Positions 46,522 through 54,869 of a stretch of DNA of 64,000 nt are shown in pieces. The DNA comes from a virus. Each line of letters opens with the position of its first letter. Position 1 is the stretch's first letter. The position numbers and the translations under genes were made by a program. The notes below the pieces were generated by a model, which did no database searches, was not told where the DNA came from, and was given only the letters and a program-made list of their open reading frames with translations. The stretch lies in the IMG/VR virus record IMGVR_UViG_3300022074_000012, positions 1 to 64,000 of that record. The stretch is one strand, 5' to 3'.

Positions 46522-47750
46522 AGATAAGTTTTATTGGACTTGGAAAATTAGGACTACCTCTTGTGTGTTGTTTAGCAAGGTCAGGCAATCAAATTTTAGG
46601 TGTAGATAAGAATGAATATATTCTTGAGAAACTAAACAATAATGAATTACCTTTCTATGAGCCAGGTCTTACTGATATATTCCCACATAATAATTTGATA
46701 GGTTTTACTGACTCATATAGTAGAGCAGTCGAAGAAGCAGAAACATCTATCATATTAGTTAATACTCAACTTGGTGATAGTGGTTACTCATCAGAGTTTG
46801 TAGAGAGTGCGTTGATTGATTTATCAGTTAATCTAAAGAAAAGTAAGAAAGATTATCATCTTATTATAATATCATCAACTGTCTTGCCAGGATCAATTAG
46901 TAATCTTATACACTTAGTAGAAAAAATATCAGGACGTAAGTATGGTAAAGGTTTTGGTTTTGCATATGTTCCAGATTTTGTTAGGCTTGGAAATGTAATT
47001 TATGATTTTAAAAATCCAGAATTCTTTTTAATTGGTGCAAATAATCAAAGAGATATTAGTATGGTGCAAGAAATATGGAAAGACTTTCATGATAACGAAC
47101 CACCACTCAAGATACTCACATTAGAAGAAGCAGAAGTAGCTAAAGTATCTTTGAATGCTTTTGTTGTAAACAAGATTGCATTCGTAAACTTTTTAGGACA
47201 ACTATGTGATGGTATGGATAATGTGAACGTACATAATATTACTGATGCCATAGGATTAGATAAAAGAATATCACCATACTTTTTTAAGTTTGGAACACCT
47301 TATGGTGGCACATGTTTTCCAAGAGATTCTGCTGCATTTATTAGGTTTGCATCGAACCGAAAAAGAGATGCAAAGAATTTAAAATTTGCTGATGAAGTAA
47401 ATGCAGATTTGTATCAAAGCATACTCGATAAATGTGTTGTATATGATAAGGTTGGTATCATAGGAATATCATTCAAACCAAACTCACCTGTTGTTATAGG
47501 TTCTCCATCTTCAAAGTTGATACAGGATTTAATTGAAAAGAATATTACTGTATTTGCATATGATGAGTTTGATGAATCATTCAGTAATCTTAACGGACTT
47601 GAAGACAAAATAATTAAATGTAAAACACCTCAAGAATGTGTAGACAAATCTGATGCAATTGCTATAATGCATCCAGATAATAAATTTTCTTCACTGAATA
47701 CAAGTGATAAATTTGTAATTGATAATTGGGGAGTATTAGATGGGAATTAA
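46518..47750 (+). CDS. nucleotide-sugar 6-dehydrogenase
   Basis: GLGKLGLP, STVLPG, AEVAK, YGGTCFPRD, SFKP. Confidence 0.9.
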   Translation: MKISFIGLGKLGLPLVCCLARSGNQILGVDKNEYILEKLNNNELPFYEPGLTDIFPHNNLIGFTDSYSRAVEEAETSIILVNTQLGDSGYSSEFVESALIDLSVNLKKSKKDYHLIIISSTVLPGSISNLIHLVEKISGRKYGKGFGFAYVPDFVRLGNVIYDFKNPEFFLIGANNQRDISMVQEIWKDFHDNEPPLKILTLEEAEVAKVSLNAFVVNKIAFVNFLGQLCDGMDNVNVHNITDAIGLDKRISPYFFKFGTPYGGTCFPRDSAAFIRFASNRKRDAKNLKFADEVNADLYQSILDKCVVYDKVGIIGISFKPNSPVVIGSPSSKLIQDLIEKNITVFAYDEFDESFSNLNGLEDKIIKCKTPQECVDKSDAIAIMHPDNKFSSLNTSDKFVIDNWGVLDGN

Positions 47751-48777
47751 ATTTAGACAAAGTATAAACAATCTACAGACCTATAATGTTGGTGGACGTT
47801 CTGATCTATCATCTGATTGGGAATGTTTTGATTGGAATGAATCAGAGTTTCCTCCTACAAATAAAGTATTTGAAGTAATGAAATCTTTCTATCGTTATGA
47901 AAGATATCCTGACATCACTGCAAAATTATTAAAGAGTAAATTATCTGAATATGTTTCTCTACCAGTTGATTTTATTGAGATATATAATGGTTCTGATGAT
48001 GCACTGAAAGATATCATAACTGTGTTTGTAGATAAAGAAACTCATGTTCTATCTTATCAACCATCATATACACAAGTGAATACTTTCATCACAACAAATA
48101 CAGAGAATTACATGAAAGTAAATATCAAAAATCCACTAGGTGAGCATGAATATGATTTTGATTATTGTAAAGTTGCGAATGTAGTTTATCTTGTTAATCC
48201 AAACAATCCAACAGGAAAATTATTAGAAGTAGATGAGATAGAAAAATTATTAAAAACTTATCCAGATACTTTGTTTATTGTTGACGAAGCATACTATGAA
48301 TTTGCAAAACAATCTTGTAGTCATCTAGTTATATCACATAAAAATTTAATCGTTACCAGAACATTTTCTAAAGCATTTGGATTAGCATCTGTGCGATTGG
48401 GTTATTGTATGGGACATCCTGATACACTATCACACTTGAGAAAGATAAGAAATGGTAAGGCAGTAAACTCACTTGCACAACTATGTGGAGTAGCAGCTTT
48501 AGATGACTTAGATTATCTTGATTCACGTATTGATGAAATGAATGATGCTAAGAAGTTTTTTGTTGACAATCTTCCTCACGGATACTATGCAGTTGATAGT
48601 CAAACTAACTTTGTTCTTTTAAAAACACCTGACTCTAAAGAACTTTTAAATAAAATGAAAAATAATAAAATCCTCATAAGAGATAGAAGTTCCTTTGACA
48701 ATCTTGAAAATTGTGTTAGAATAACCATAGGGTCGAAGAAACAAATCATAAGAGTTTTGGATGTAATTAATGCATAG
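47740..48777 (+). CDS. HisC/CobD-like PLP-dependent aminotransferase
   Basis: NGSD, NPNNPTG, VDEAY, RTFSKAFGLASVRLGY, VRITIG. Confidence 0.9.
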   Translation: MGIKFRQSINNLQTYNVGGRSDLSSDWECFDWNESEFPPTNKVFEVMKSFYRYERYPDITAKLLKSKLSEYVSLPVDFIEIYNGSDDALKDIITVFVDKETHVLSYQPSYTQVNTFITTNTENYMKVNIKNPLGEHEYDFDYCKVANVVYLVNPNNPTGKLLEVDEIEKLLKTYPDTLFIVDEAYYEFAKQSCSHLVISHKNLIVTRTFSKAFGLASVRLGYCMGHPDTLSHLRKIRNGKAVNSLAQLCGVAALDDLDYLDSRIDEMNDAKKFFVDNLPHGYYAVDSQTNFVLLKTPDSKELLNKMKNNKILIRDRSSFDNLENCVRITIGSKKQIIRVLDVINA

Positions 48778-49588
48778 TATTATTGTTACCATTCATAATG
48801 GTGCAAGAAGATTGCCAAATGGTGAGATACTTTTAGAGAAGGTATTGGATGGTATTGTCAATAATACAGTAGGAGATTATGAACTCCTTTGTATGCTTGA
48901 TGGTTGCACTGATGATTCAGATAAAGTTGTAAGTAAGTATGAAAAAGCAAGAGCAATCGTCTTGCCTGATGTATTTGAATTACTTACGAATAATGCAGCA
49001 TTTAAAGAAGCAAAAGGTGAATATGTTATTGTAGTTCAAGATGATCAAGTCATATCTGAATATGGTTGGAATCAAAGAATGCAAAAACCATTTGATGAGT
49101 TTGATGATGTCTTTGCAGTCACTGCAATGTGTGCACATAATTGGATTATAAATCCAAATACATATCATCTTTATAATCCTACAGCACCAGTTACTGGTTG
49201 GTGTGATATTCTAGAACATGTAGATCATGCATCAGCAGTTCATGGATTACCTCGAAATGTATTTGCTGTGAGAAGTAGTGCTAATCGAGGTCCTTTAATG
49301 ATTAATCTTGATGATCTTAAAAAGATAAATTATTTGGATGAAAAATTTGCTCCTTGTGATATGGATGATCATGACTTAATGTATAGAGCACATTTACAAC
49401 TAGGTAAAGTATGTGGTGCTTATGTTATTGATATGGAGTCAGATACATCTTGGAGTGGTGCTAGAGTTACTGGAGACCTACCCATATGGGCATATAAATC
49501 ACAACATAAAAACAGTAGAATCTTCTATGATAGATATAGTAGTATGTTTACTGATCGTCGTATTATTGACAATAGAGAGTTACCATGA
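48770..49588 (+). CDS. GT2 family glycosyltransferase
   Basis: SIIVTIHN, DGCTDDS, QDD, DDHDL. Confidence 0.8.
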   Translation: MHSIIVTIHNGARRLPNGEILLEKVLDGIVNNTVGDYELLCMLDGCTDDSDKVVSKYEKARAIVLPDVFELLTNNAAFKEAKGEYVIVVQDDQVISEYGWNQRMQKPFDEFDDVFAVTAMCAHNWIINPNTYHLYNPTAPVTGWCDILEHVDHASAVHGLPRNVFAVRSSANRGPLMINLDDLKKINYLDEKFAPCDMDDHDLMYRAHLQLGKVCGAYVIDMESDTSWSGARVTGDLPIWAYKSQHKNSRIFYDRYSSMFTDRRIIDNRELP

Positions 49589-50181
49589 GAATTGAATTAG
49601 AACGTTGGCAAGCTGCTCAAACAGAAGAGTTTAGTCATCATCAGGATCTTAGAATAGAAGCATACATTACTGCGACTAATGTTATTGCAAAATATTTTGG
49701 TATAGATTATAAAAAAGATTTCAAAGATAAAGTAATTGTTCAAGTTGGTGCAGGACCAAGAGGATCTATTCTCAGTACAGAGGGTAATTTTAAAAGAGGT
49801 TTGATAGTCGAACCACTTATAGATCGTTGGCCATCTAATATTAGAGAAGATTATGAGAAGGTAGGTATTGAAATTATCGCAGCACCTTATGAAGACTTAG
49901 ATATAGATGAGAAGGTAGATGAAACATGGTTCTTTAATGTAGTTCAACATGTATTTGATCCAAAGGAACAATTAGAACTTGCAAAGAAAACATCTAAAGT
50001 TGTTCGTGTATTTGAACCTATTGGAACTGGAACTGATACTGCACATCCACATTACATTACTGAAGAAACATTCACTGATGTATTAGGTAACTTCGGACAA
50101 ATCTTTAAGGGTGGAACTGAAGATGGTTTCTTTAGTTGTGATTGTTATTATGGGACTTGGTATGAATCTGATAACGTTTAG
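49585..50181 (+). CDS. class I SAM-dependent methyltransferase-like
   Basis: QVGAGPRG, VEP, NVVQHVFDP. Confidence 0.6.
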   Translation: MRIELERWQAAQTEEFSHHQDLRIEAYITATNVIAKYFGIDYKKDFKDKVIVQVGAGPRGSILSTEGNFKRGLIVEPLIDRWPSNIREDYEKVGIEIIAAPYEDLDIDEKVDETWFFNVVQHVFDPKEQLELAKKTSKVVRVFEPIGTGTDTAHPHYITEETFTDVLGNFGQIFKGGTEDGFFSCDCYYGTWYESDNV

Positions 50182-50977
50182 TTTATTTGGAGATAATCCA
50201 CTTTATTGTCAAGGTGCAGTAGAGAATGCAAACACTGCAAGAGTCATCTACCCTGAGTGGACTGCAAGATTTTATGTCGCTCAAGATGTACCAGAACATT
50301 ATATTGAAGAGATAGAAGATTATGGTGCAGAAGTTGTAAGATGTGAAAAGAAAAATTCTTATGATGGACTGAACTGGAGATTCAGACCTCTTCATGACCC
50401 TGACGTAGAATATTGGATAAGTCGTGATGCAGATAGTCGATTAAGTTGGAGAGAAAGAAATGCAGTAGATGAGTGGATGGAGTCAGATAAAGCAGCACAT
50501 CTACTTCGTGATTGTCATAATCATGGTTATACAATCATGGCAGGTATGTTTGGTATTAATAATAAATTATTTCATAAAAGATATGGAATGATTAACTTAG
50601 ACAATATTAATGCAAATTACAGAGAGGCAGATCAAACTGTCTTAGAACAACATCTTTGGCCACTAATTAAAGATGATCATGTTTGTCATGATCATTGGAG
50701 GAACTCTGAGATTGTCGGTGAACCAACTTACCAATTAGGAGATCATGTTCATTACAACAAAGCATATGGTGTTGGATTAAAATATTATTTAAAAGAACAT
50801 GTATATAAAGTTTTGAGTAACATATATCCAGAGGGTCAAGATAGTCGTCCGTTCCCTGATCATTTACCTATGGAACATGGTATATTTGTTGGACAGGTTA
50901 TAGAAGTTGATGGTAAACCTAGAATGAATATGGATGTTCGTTGGGAATATGAACTAAGAGGTTTATCTTATGAGTAG
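50162..50977 (+). CDS. putative GT-A-like protein of glycan loci
   Basis: FSLFG...WRF...RDADSR...AGMFG...DQ..L. Confidence 0.55.
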   Translation: MNLITFSLFGDNPLYCQGAVENANTARVIYPEWTARFYVAQDVPEHYIEEIEDYGAEVVRCEKKNSYDGLNWRFRPLHDPDVEYWISRDADSRLSWRERNAVDEWMESDKAAHLLRDCHNHGYTIMAGMFGINNKLFHKRYGMINLDNINANYREADQTVLEQHLWPLIKDDHVCHDHWRNSEIVGEPTYQLGDHVHYNKAYGVGLKYYLKEHVYKVLSNIYPEGQDSRPFPDHLPMEHGIFVGQVIEVDGKPRMNMDVRWEYELRGLSYE

Positions 50978-52343
50978 TTTCCATATTATTGGAACAGGTG
51001 CTTGTGGTTTTCTGAGAGCATATCAAACTCTTAAGAATCATATACCATTAAAGTATAAAGGAGGTAGAGGTAAATATCAAAACAGTTTTCAAAACTGGAA
51101 TGATAATGGATTGATATGGAATATTGAATCATTATCAAAAGAAGAAAGAGTAAGAAGAGTTAGTCAACATAATACTACAACTAATATCACTCATTCATAT
51201 TTAAAATATGTTCCAGAGTTTGTAGGATTAGATCCTAACTTAAAATTTTTATGTTTGAAGGGAGATAAACATCATTCTATTTTTAACTTAGCAGTTTCTT
51301 GGGGTTATCGTAATCCTTGTTTTGTGAAAGAAAGGAGAATAGGTGCAGGTTTTAATCGTTATACTGTAGATGAGTTTCCAAATCATAGTGATTGTGATAA
51401 TGAGTTTGATGCAACAGAAAAATATTGGGAAGAGTATTATCAGATTGCAGATATCATGCAAGACAATTATCCGTTTAACTTTTTTATAGTTGATGCAATA
51501 AAATTTTTTAGTGATATAGAATATAGAACTGATGTACTATCAAAGGTAGATGTTAATATTGGAGATGAACCACTTCTTCCTGTTAATATCAATAACTTGA
51601 GTATAAGCACTACATTACATGGTGGCATAGGTAATAACTTACTTCAGATGGGAGAGGTAATATCATTTTGTAAAAAACATAATCTTACTGAACCATTCTT
51701 TGGAACTTGGGATCTATGGGATGGTGGTGGTAAGTATCCTCCACCATATAATGCAGATAGATTTCTTGGAGGACATGAGGGTGATCATAATACAATTAGA
51801 AAAACATTTCCAAATTTAAATTGGAAGGGAGATCTGTCCGCTGACTACGACACTACATTTATTATAAATGATATGTTTAGATTCAGTGATTGTGATGAAC
51901 TTGATTATGTAAGAAAGAAATTATCTATTACAGATAAGACAATGCCAAACACTGTTTCCTTGCATTTGAGATATTGTACTCAACCTGTTGATGATCATGT
52001 CAATGGATATGTTGATGATACATTTTACATTGAATGCTTTAAACACATACCAGAAGAAGTACATGTCTATATCTTTTCTGATGATATTTCAAAATCAAGA
52101 GGTAAATTACATTGGTTCCAAAAAAATTTCCCCCAAAAATTTTCATGTGTAGAGTCGGACTCTTTTCAATCTCTTCAAATGATGGTAGAATGTGAGTATC
52201 ACATACTTCATGTATCTACGTTTAGTTTTTGGTCTGCATTTCTAGACATAAATCAACCGAATAGTAAAGTATTTTATCCTAAGTCCTTTACAGATACACA
52301 TAGTTCGTTTATGATACCTTATAAAGAATGGCAAATGATTTAA
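50970..52343 (+). CDS. two-domain protein: sulfotransferase-like N-terminus fused to GT11-like domain
   Basis: IIGTGACG at N-terminus; GGIGNNLLQ, SLHLR, IFSDD, STFSFWSAFL in C-half. Confidence 0.6.
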   Translation: MSSFHIIGTGACGFLRAYQTLKNHIPLKYKGGRGKYQNSFQNWNDNGLIWNIESLSKEERVRRVSQHNTTTNITHSYLKYVPEFVGLDPNLKFLCLKGDKHHSIFNLAVSWGYRNPCFVKERRIGAGFNRYTVDEFPNHSDCDNEFDATEKYWEEYYQIADIMQDNYPFNFFIVDAIKFFSDIEYRTDVLSKVDVNIGDEPLLPVNINNLSISTTLHGGIGNNLLQMGEVISFCKKHNLTEPFFGTWDLWDGGGKYPPPYNADRFLGGHEGDHNTIRKTFPNLNWKGDLSADYDTTFIINDMFRFSDCDELDYVRKKLSITDKTMPNTVSLHLRYCTQPVDDHVNGYVDDTFYIECFKHIPEEVHVYIFSDDISKSRGKLHWFQKNFPQKFSCVESDSFQSLQMMVECEYHILHVSTFSFWSAFLDINQPNSKVFYPKSFTDTHSSFMIPYKEWQMI

Positions 52344-53134
52344 TGGATAAGAATAAATCTGCATTTAAATTAAAAAATATAGGACCGATATATTATATTA
52401 ATCTGGATGGTCAACCAGAGAGAAAGGAATATATGGAGGGTCTCTTTAAGTATTGGGAGATCGAAAACTATGAGAGAGTGTCAGGATATGATGGTCGTGA
52501 TGATGATCTAAGTGATATATTAAAAGGTAGATACCCAGAACAGATGACATCAGGTGAAGTTGGTTGTACTACATCTCATCTGAAAGCAATCAAGCATTGG
52601 TATGAAACATCTGATACACCTTACGCTGTAATTATGGAAGATGACATCGACTTAGATGTTGTCAGGTGTTGGAATTTTACTTGGAGTAATTTTATAGCAA
52701 AGATGCCATACGATTGGGATGTGATTCAACTTGCTATCATATGCACTGGTGGACTTCATGTGACATTACATAAAAGATTTGTGAATGATTTTTCAACTGC
52801 TTGTTATATTATTAATCGTCATCATGCAGAGAAACTAATAAAATTACATTGTAGAGGAGATAAGTATAAACTTGATAATGGTGTGAAACCAAGAGCAGTG
52901 GCAGATGATTTAATATACAACTCAGGAAATACCTATGCAGTTCCGATATTTTTATACCGAGTTCAATTAGGATCATCCATACACCCAGAGCATGTAGATG
53001 CAATACACAAGGCAAGTTATAATGCATTAACCAACTGGTGGACACAATCAGGTATAGATGTAGACATTGATAAGTTAATGAATTACGACCCATACCTTGG
53101 TCGTGTGACAGAACCTGTACAGAATCAGCAATAA
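52343..53134 (+). CDS. GT25 family glycosyltransferase
   Basis: YYINLD...ER, GEVGCTTSH, IMEDD, STACYII. Confidence 0.88.
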   Translation: MDKNKSAFKLKNIGPIYYINLDGQPERKEYMEGLFKYWEIENYERVSGYDGRDDDLSDILKGRYPEQMTSGEVGCTTSHLKAIKHWYETSDTPYAVIMEDDIDLDVVRCWNFTWSNFIAKMPYDWDVIQLAIICTGGLHVTLHKRFVNDFSTACYIINRHHAEKLIKLHCRGDKYKLDNGVKPRAVADDLIYNSGNTYAVPIFLYRVQLGSSIHPEHVDAIHKASYNALTNWWTQSGIDVDIDKLMNYDPYLGRVTEPVQNQQ

Positions 53135-53188
53135 TTACCCATATTTTACAAAATATCTGTGAGTCCAGACATAGTTTTGTAAAGAAAT

Positions 53189-53217
53189 TTGACAAAATTT
53201 AATAATTACTATATAAT
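53189..53217 (+). promoter_or_regulatory. sigma70-type promoter of hli cluster
   Basis: TTGACA-17-TATAAT perfect. Confidence 0.8.
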
Positions 53218-53244
53218 TATGTTACGTTTCTTAATAAAACTTAA

Positions 53245-53442
53245 ATGACTGTTACAACTGAATCAGGTGGAAGACAAAATGCTTTTCCAAATGAAACAAG
53301 ACCTTATATTGACGAAAGTGCGTCTTATGAGGGATACCCTCAGAACGCTGAGAAAGTTAATGGTCGTTGGGCTATGATCGGTTTCGTTGCACTTATTGGT
53401 GCTTATGCAACTACAGGACAAATTATTCCTGGTATATTCTAA
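53245..53442 (+). CDS. hli: high-light-inducible protein
   Basis: AEKVNGRWAMIG...TGQIIPGIF. Confidence 0.95.
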   Translation: MTVTTESGGRQNAFPNETRPYIDESASYEGYPQNAEKVNGRWAMIGFVALIGAYATTGQIIPGIF

Positions 53443-53579
53443 TGACATCATCAAAGAAATCAGTTCCAAATTATTGGAAAGAAGCAGAGCAAATCAATGG
53501 TCGTCTTGCCATGATGGGATTCTTTGCACTCGTAGTTAACTACGGATTTACTGGATGGATCATTCCAGGCATTTTTTAA
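53442..53579 (+). CDS. hli: high-light-inducible protein
   Basis: AEQINGRLAMMG...TGWIIPGIF. Confidence 0.93.
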   Translation: MTSSKKSVPNYWKEAEQINGRLAMMGFFALVVNYGFTGWIIPGIF

Positions 53580-53626
53580 AAATGAAACTTAGGACACAAT
53601 TCACAATTCAAAAAAGGTACAAACTC

Positions 53627-53734
53627 ATGACACCAGAAGCAGAAAGATTTAACGGTTGGGCAGCTATGCTTGGCTTCGTTGCAGCAGTAGGAGCATATGC
53701 AACAACAGGAAATATCATTCCAGGTATTTTCTAA
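53627..53734 (+). CDS. hli: high-light-inducible protein (35 aa)
   Basis: MTPEAERFNGWAAMLG...TGNIIPGIF. Confidence 0.93.
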   Translation: MTPEAERFNGWAAMLGFVAAVGAYATTGNIIPGIF

Positions 53735-53863
53735 ATGAAAAAAGAAATTGAAAAAGAAAAGTTAGTTGCTGAGAAACTTAACGGAAGATTAGCAATGCTT
53801 GGTATCATCGCAGGTTTAGGTGCTTACCTAACCACAGGTCAAATTATACCAGGTTTCGTATAA
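53735..53863 (+). CDS. hli: high-light-inducible protein (42 aa)
   Basis: AEKLNGRLAMLG...TGQIIPGFV. Confidence 0.93.
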   Translation: MKKEIEKEKLVAEKLNGRLAMLGIIAGLGAYLTTGQIIPGFV

Positions 53864-53952
53864 TGAAAAGACATCCTGTACCATTTAAAGTAGTGCCATA
53901 CATTTTTATGTTGGCACTAGGTACAAGCACTTTTACTAGTGTTTTTGCCTAA
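53863..53952 (+). CDS. small membrane peptide (29 aa)
   Basis: TAATG coupling; MKRHPVPFKVVPYIFMLAL. Confidence 0.45.
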   Translation: MKRHPVPFKVVPYIFMLALGTSTFTSVFA

Positions 53953-53998
53953 AACTTTACAAAACTAAATAATATTACCAATTGTAACAATTAACTTA

Positions 53999-54172
53999 AT
54001 GATCGATTATCAACTAGCAACAGATTCTTTTCCAATATGGAAAGCAATACTATGGTGTTTCTATCCAATGGGTGCTCTCGTTGCTATCGAAATGTTTTTT
54101 CGTGTAGCTGATGACGATGATGACGATGATGAAGGTGGTGGTGTTATGACTCCTGTATACCAAGGAGCATAA
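53999..54172 (+). CDS. small membrane protein with poly-Asp tail (57 aa)
   Basis: ILWCFYPMG...DDDDDDDEGGG. Confidence 0.65.
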   Translation: MIDYQLATDSFPIWKAILWCFYPMGALVAIEMFFRVADDDDDDDEGGGVMTPVYQGA

Positions 54173-54270
54173 TGGATTGGTCACATTCGTATTGGAAATA
54201 CGCAGAACTTATTAACGGACGCTTAGCAATGATAGGTGTCACCATACTTTTAATCAAATGCCTCAACTAA
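54172..54270 (+). CDS. hli: short high-light-inducible protein (32 aa)
   Basis: AELINGRLAMIG; lacks TGQIIPG tail. Confidence 0.8.
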   Translation: MDWSHSYWKYAELINGRLAMIGVTILLIKCLN

Positions 54271-54332
54271 CTTTTATCCTCACTATAGTTGCCTACGTTG
54301 CATTTAACGCAGGTCAATTTGTATACTCATGA
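54258..54332 (+). CDS. small membrane peptide (24 aa)
   Basis: hydrophobic ORF coupled to next gene. Confidence 0.35.
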   Translation: MPQLTFILTIVAYVAFNAGQFVYS

Positions 54333-54445
54333 ATGTTTTACAAACTATACTAACTAATATACCACCAGGAACCAGAGATCTAATAGAATTTGGGTTCTTT
54401 TTGTCTGTGGGTGTAACCGCAGGATCACTAGGACTATTATCATGA
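54329..54445 (+). CDS. small membrane peptide (38 aa)
   Basis: PPGTRDLIEFGFFLSVGVTAGSLG; ATGA coupling on both sides. Confidence 0.55.
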   Translation: MNVLQTILTNIPPGTRDLIEFGFFLSVGVTAGSLGLLS

Positions 54446-54747
54446 CACAAAGAATTTTAGCGTGGGTGATAACCTTCGCATTCCTATTTGGAATCAGTAC
54501 AACAGCATATGCTATGGATAAGGAACCTGTCATCTGGGTTCAAGTACCACAATGGACAGATGATTGGGCGGTATGTGCAGTAGATATTCCAGATGCAGCA
54601 TGTCATTGGTATGTTGCAGAGGCAGATAATACATTCGGAGAAGGATTTGACTGGGAGACAGCACCTTGGTTCGATGCAAATGGTTTAAATGACGTAGCAC
54701 CAATACAAAAACTAACAGTCGCACAGAAATTACAAGAGGTAGGATGA
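54442..54747 (+). CDS. exported Trp/Cys-rich host-like protein
   Basis: signal peptide; CAVDIPDAACHWY. Confidence 0.7.
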   Translation: MTQRILAWVITFAFLFGISTTAYAMDKEPVIWVQVPQWTDDWAVCAVDIPDAACHWYVAEADNTFGEGFDWETAPWFDANGLNDVAPIQKLTVAQKLQEVG

Positions 54748-54848
54748 ATCTACCTCAAATGTTTCAAACGTTCCTTCTCTTCTTTTCGGGAACGATAATA
54801 ATGACAGGTGTTGTCTTTGTCATGATGTCTGCTATAATGGAAACATAA
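54744..54848 (+). CDS. small membrane peptide (34 aa)
   Basis: ATGA coupling; hydrophobic. Confidence 0.4.
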   Translation: MNLPQMFQTFLLFFSGTIIMTGVVFVMMSAIMET

Positions 54849-54869
54849 ATACTTAAAAGTATTTTTGCA

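Noticed and set aside
47740-48777. Histidine-biosynthesis auxiliary gene (hisC)
   Set aside because: No other his genes; glycan-locus context favours another amine substrate, so the symbol is withheld
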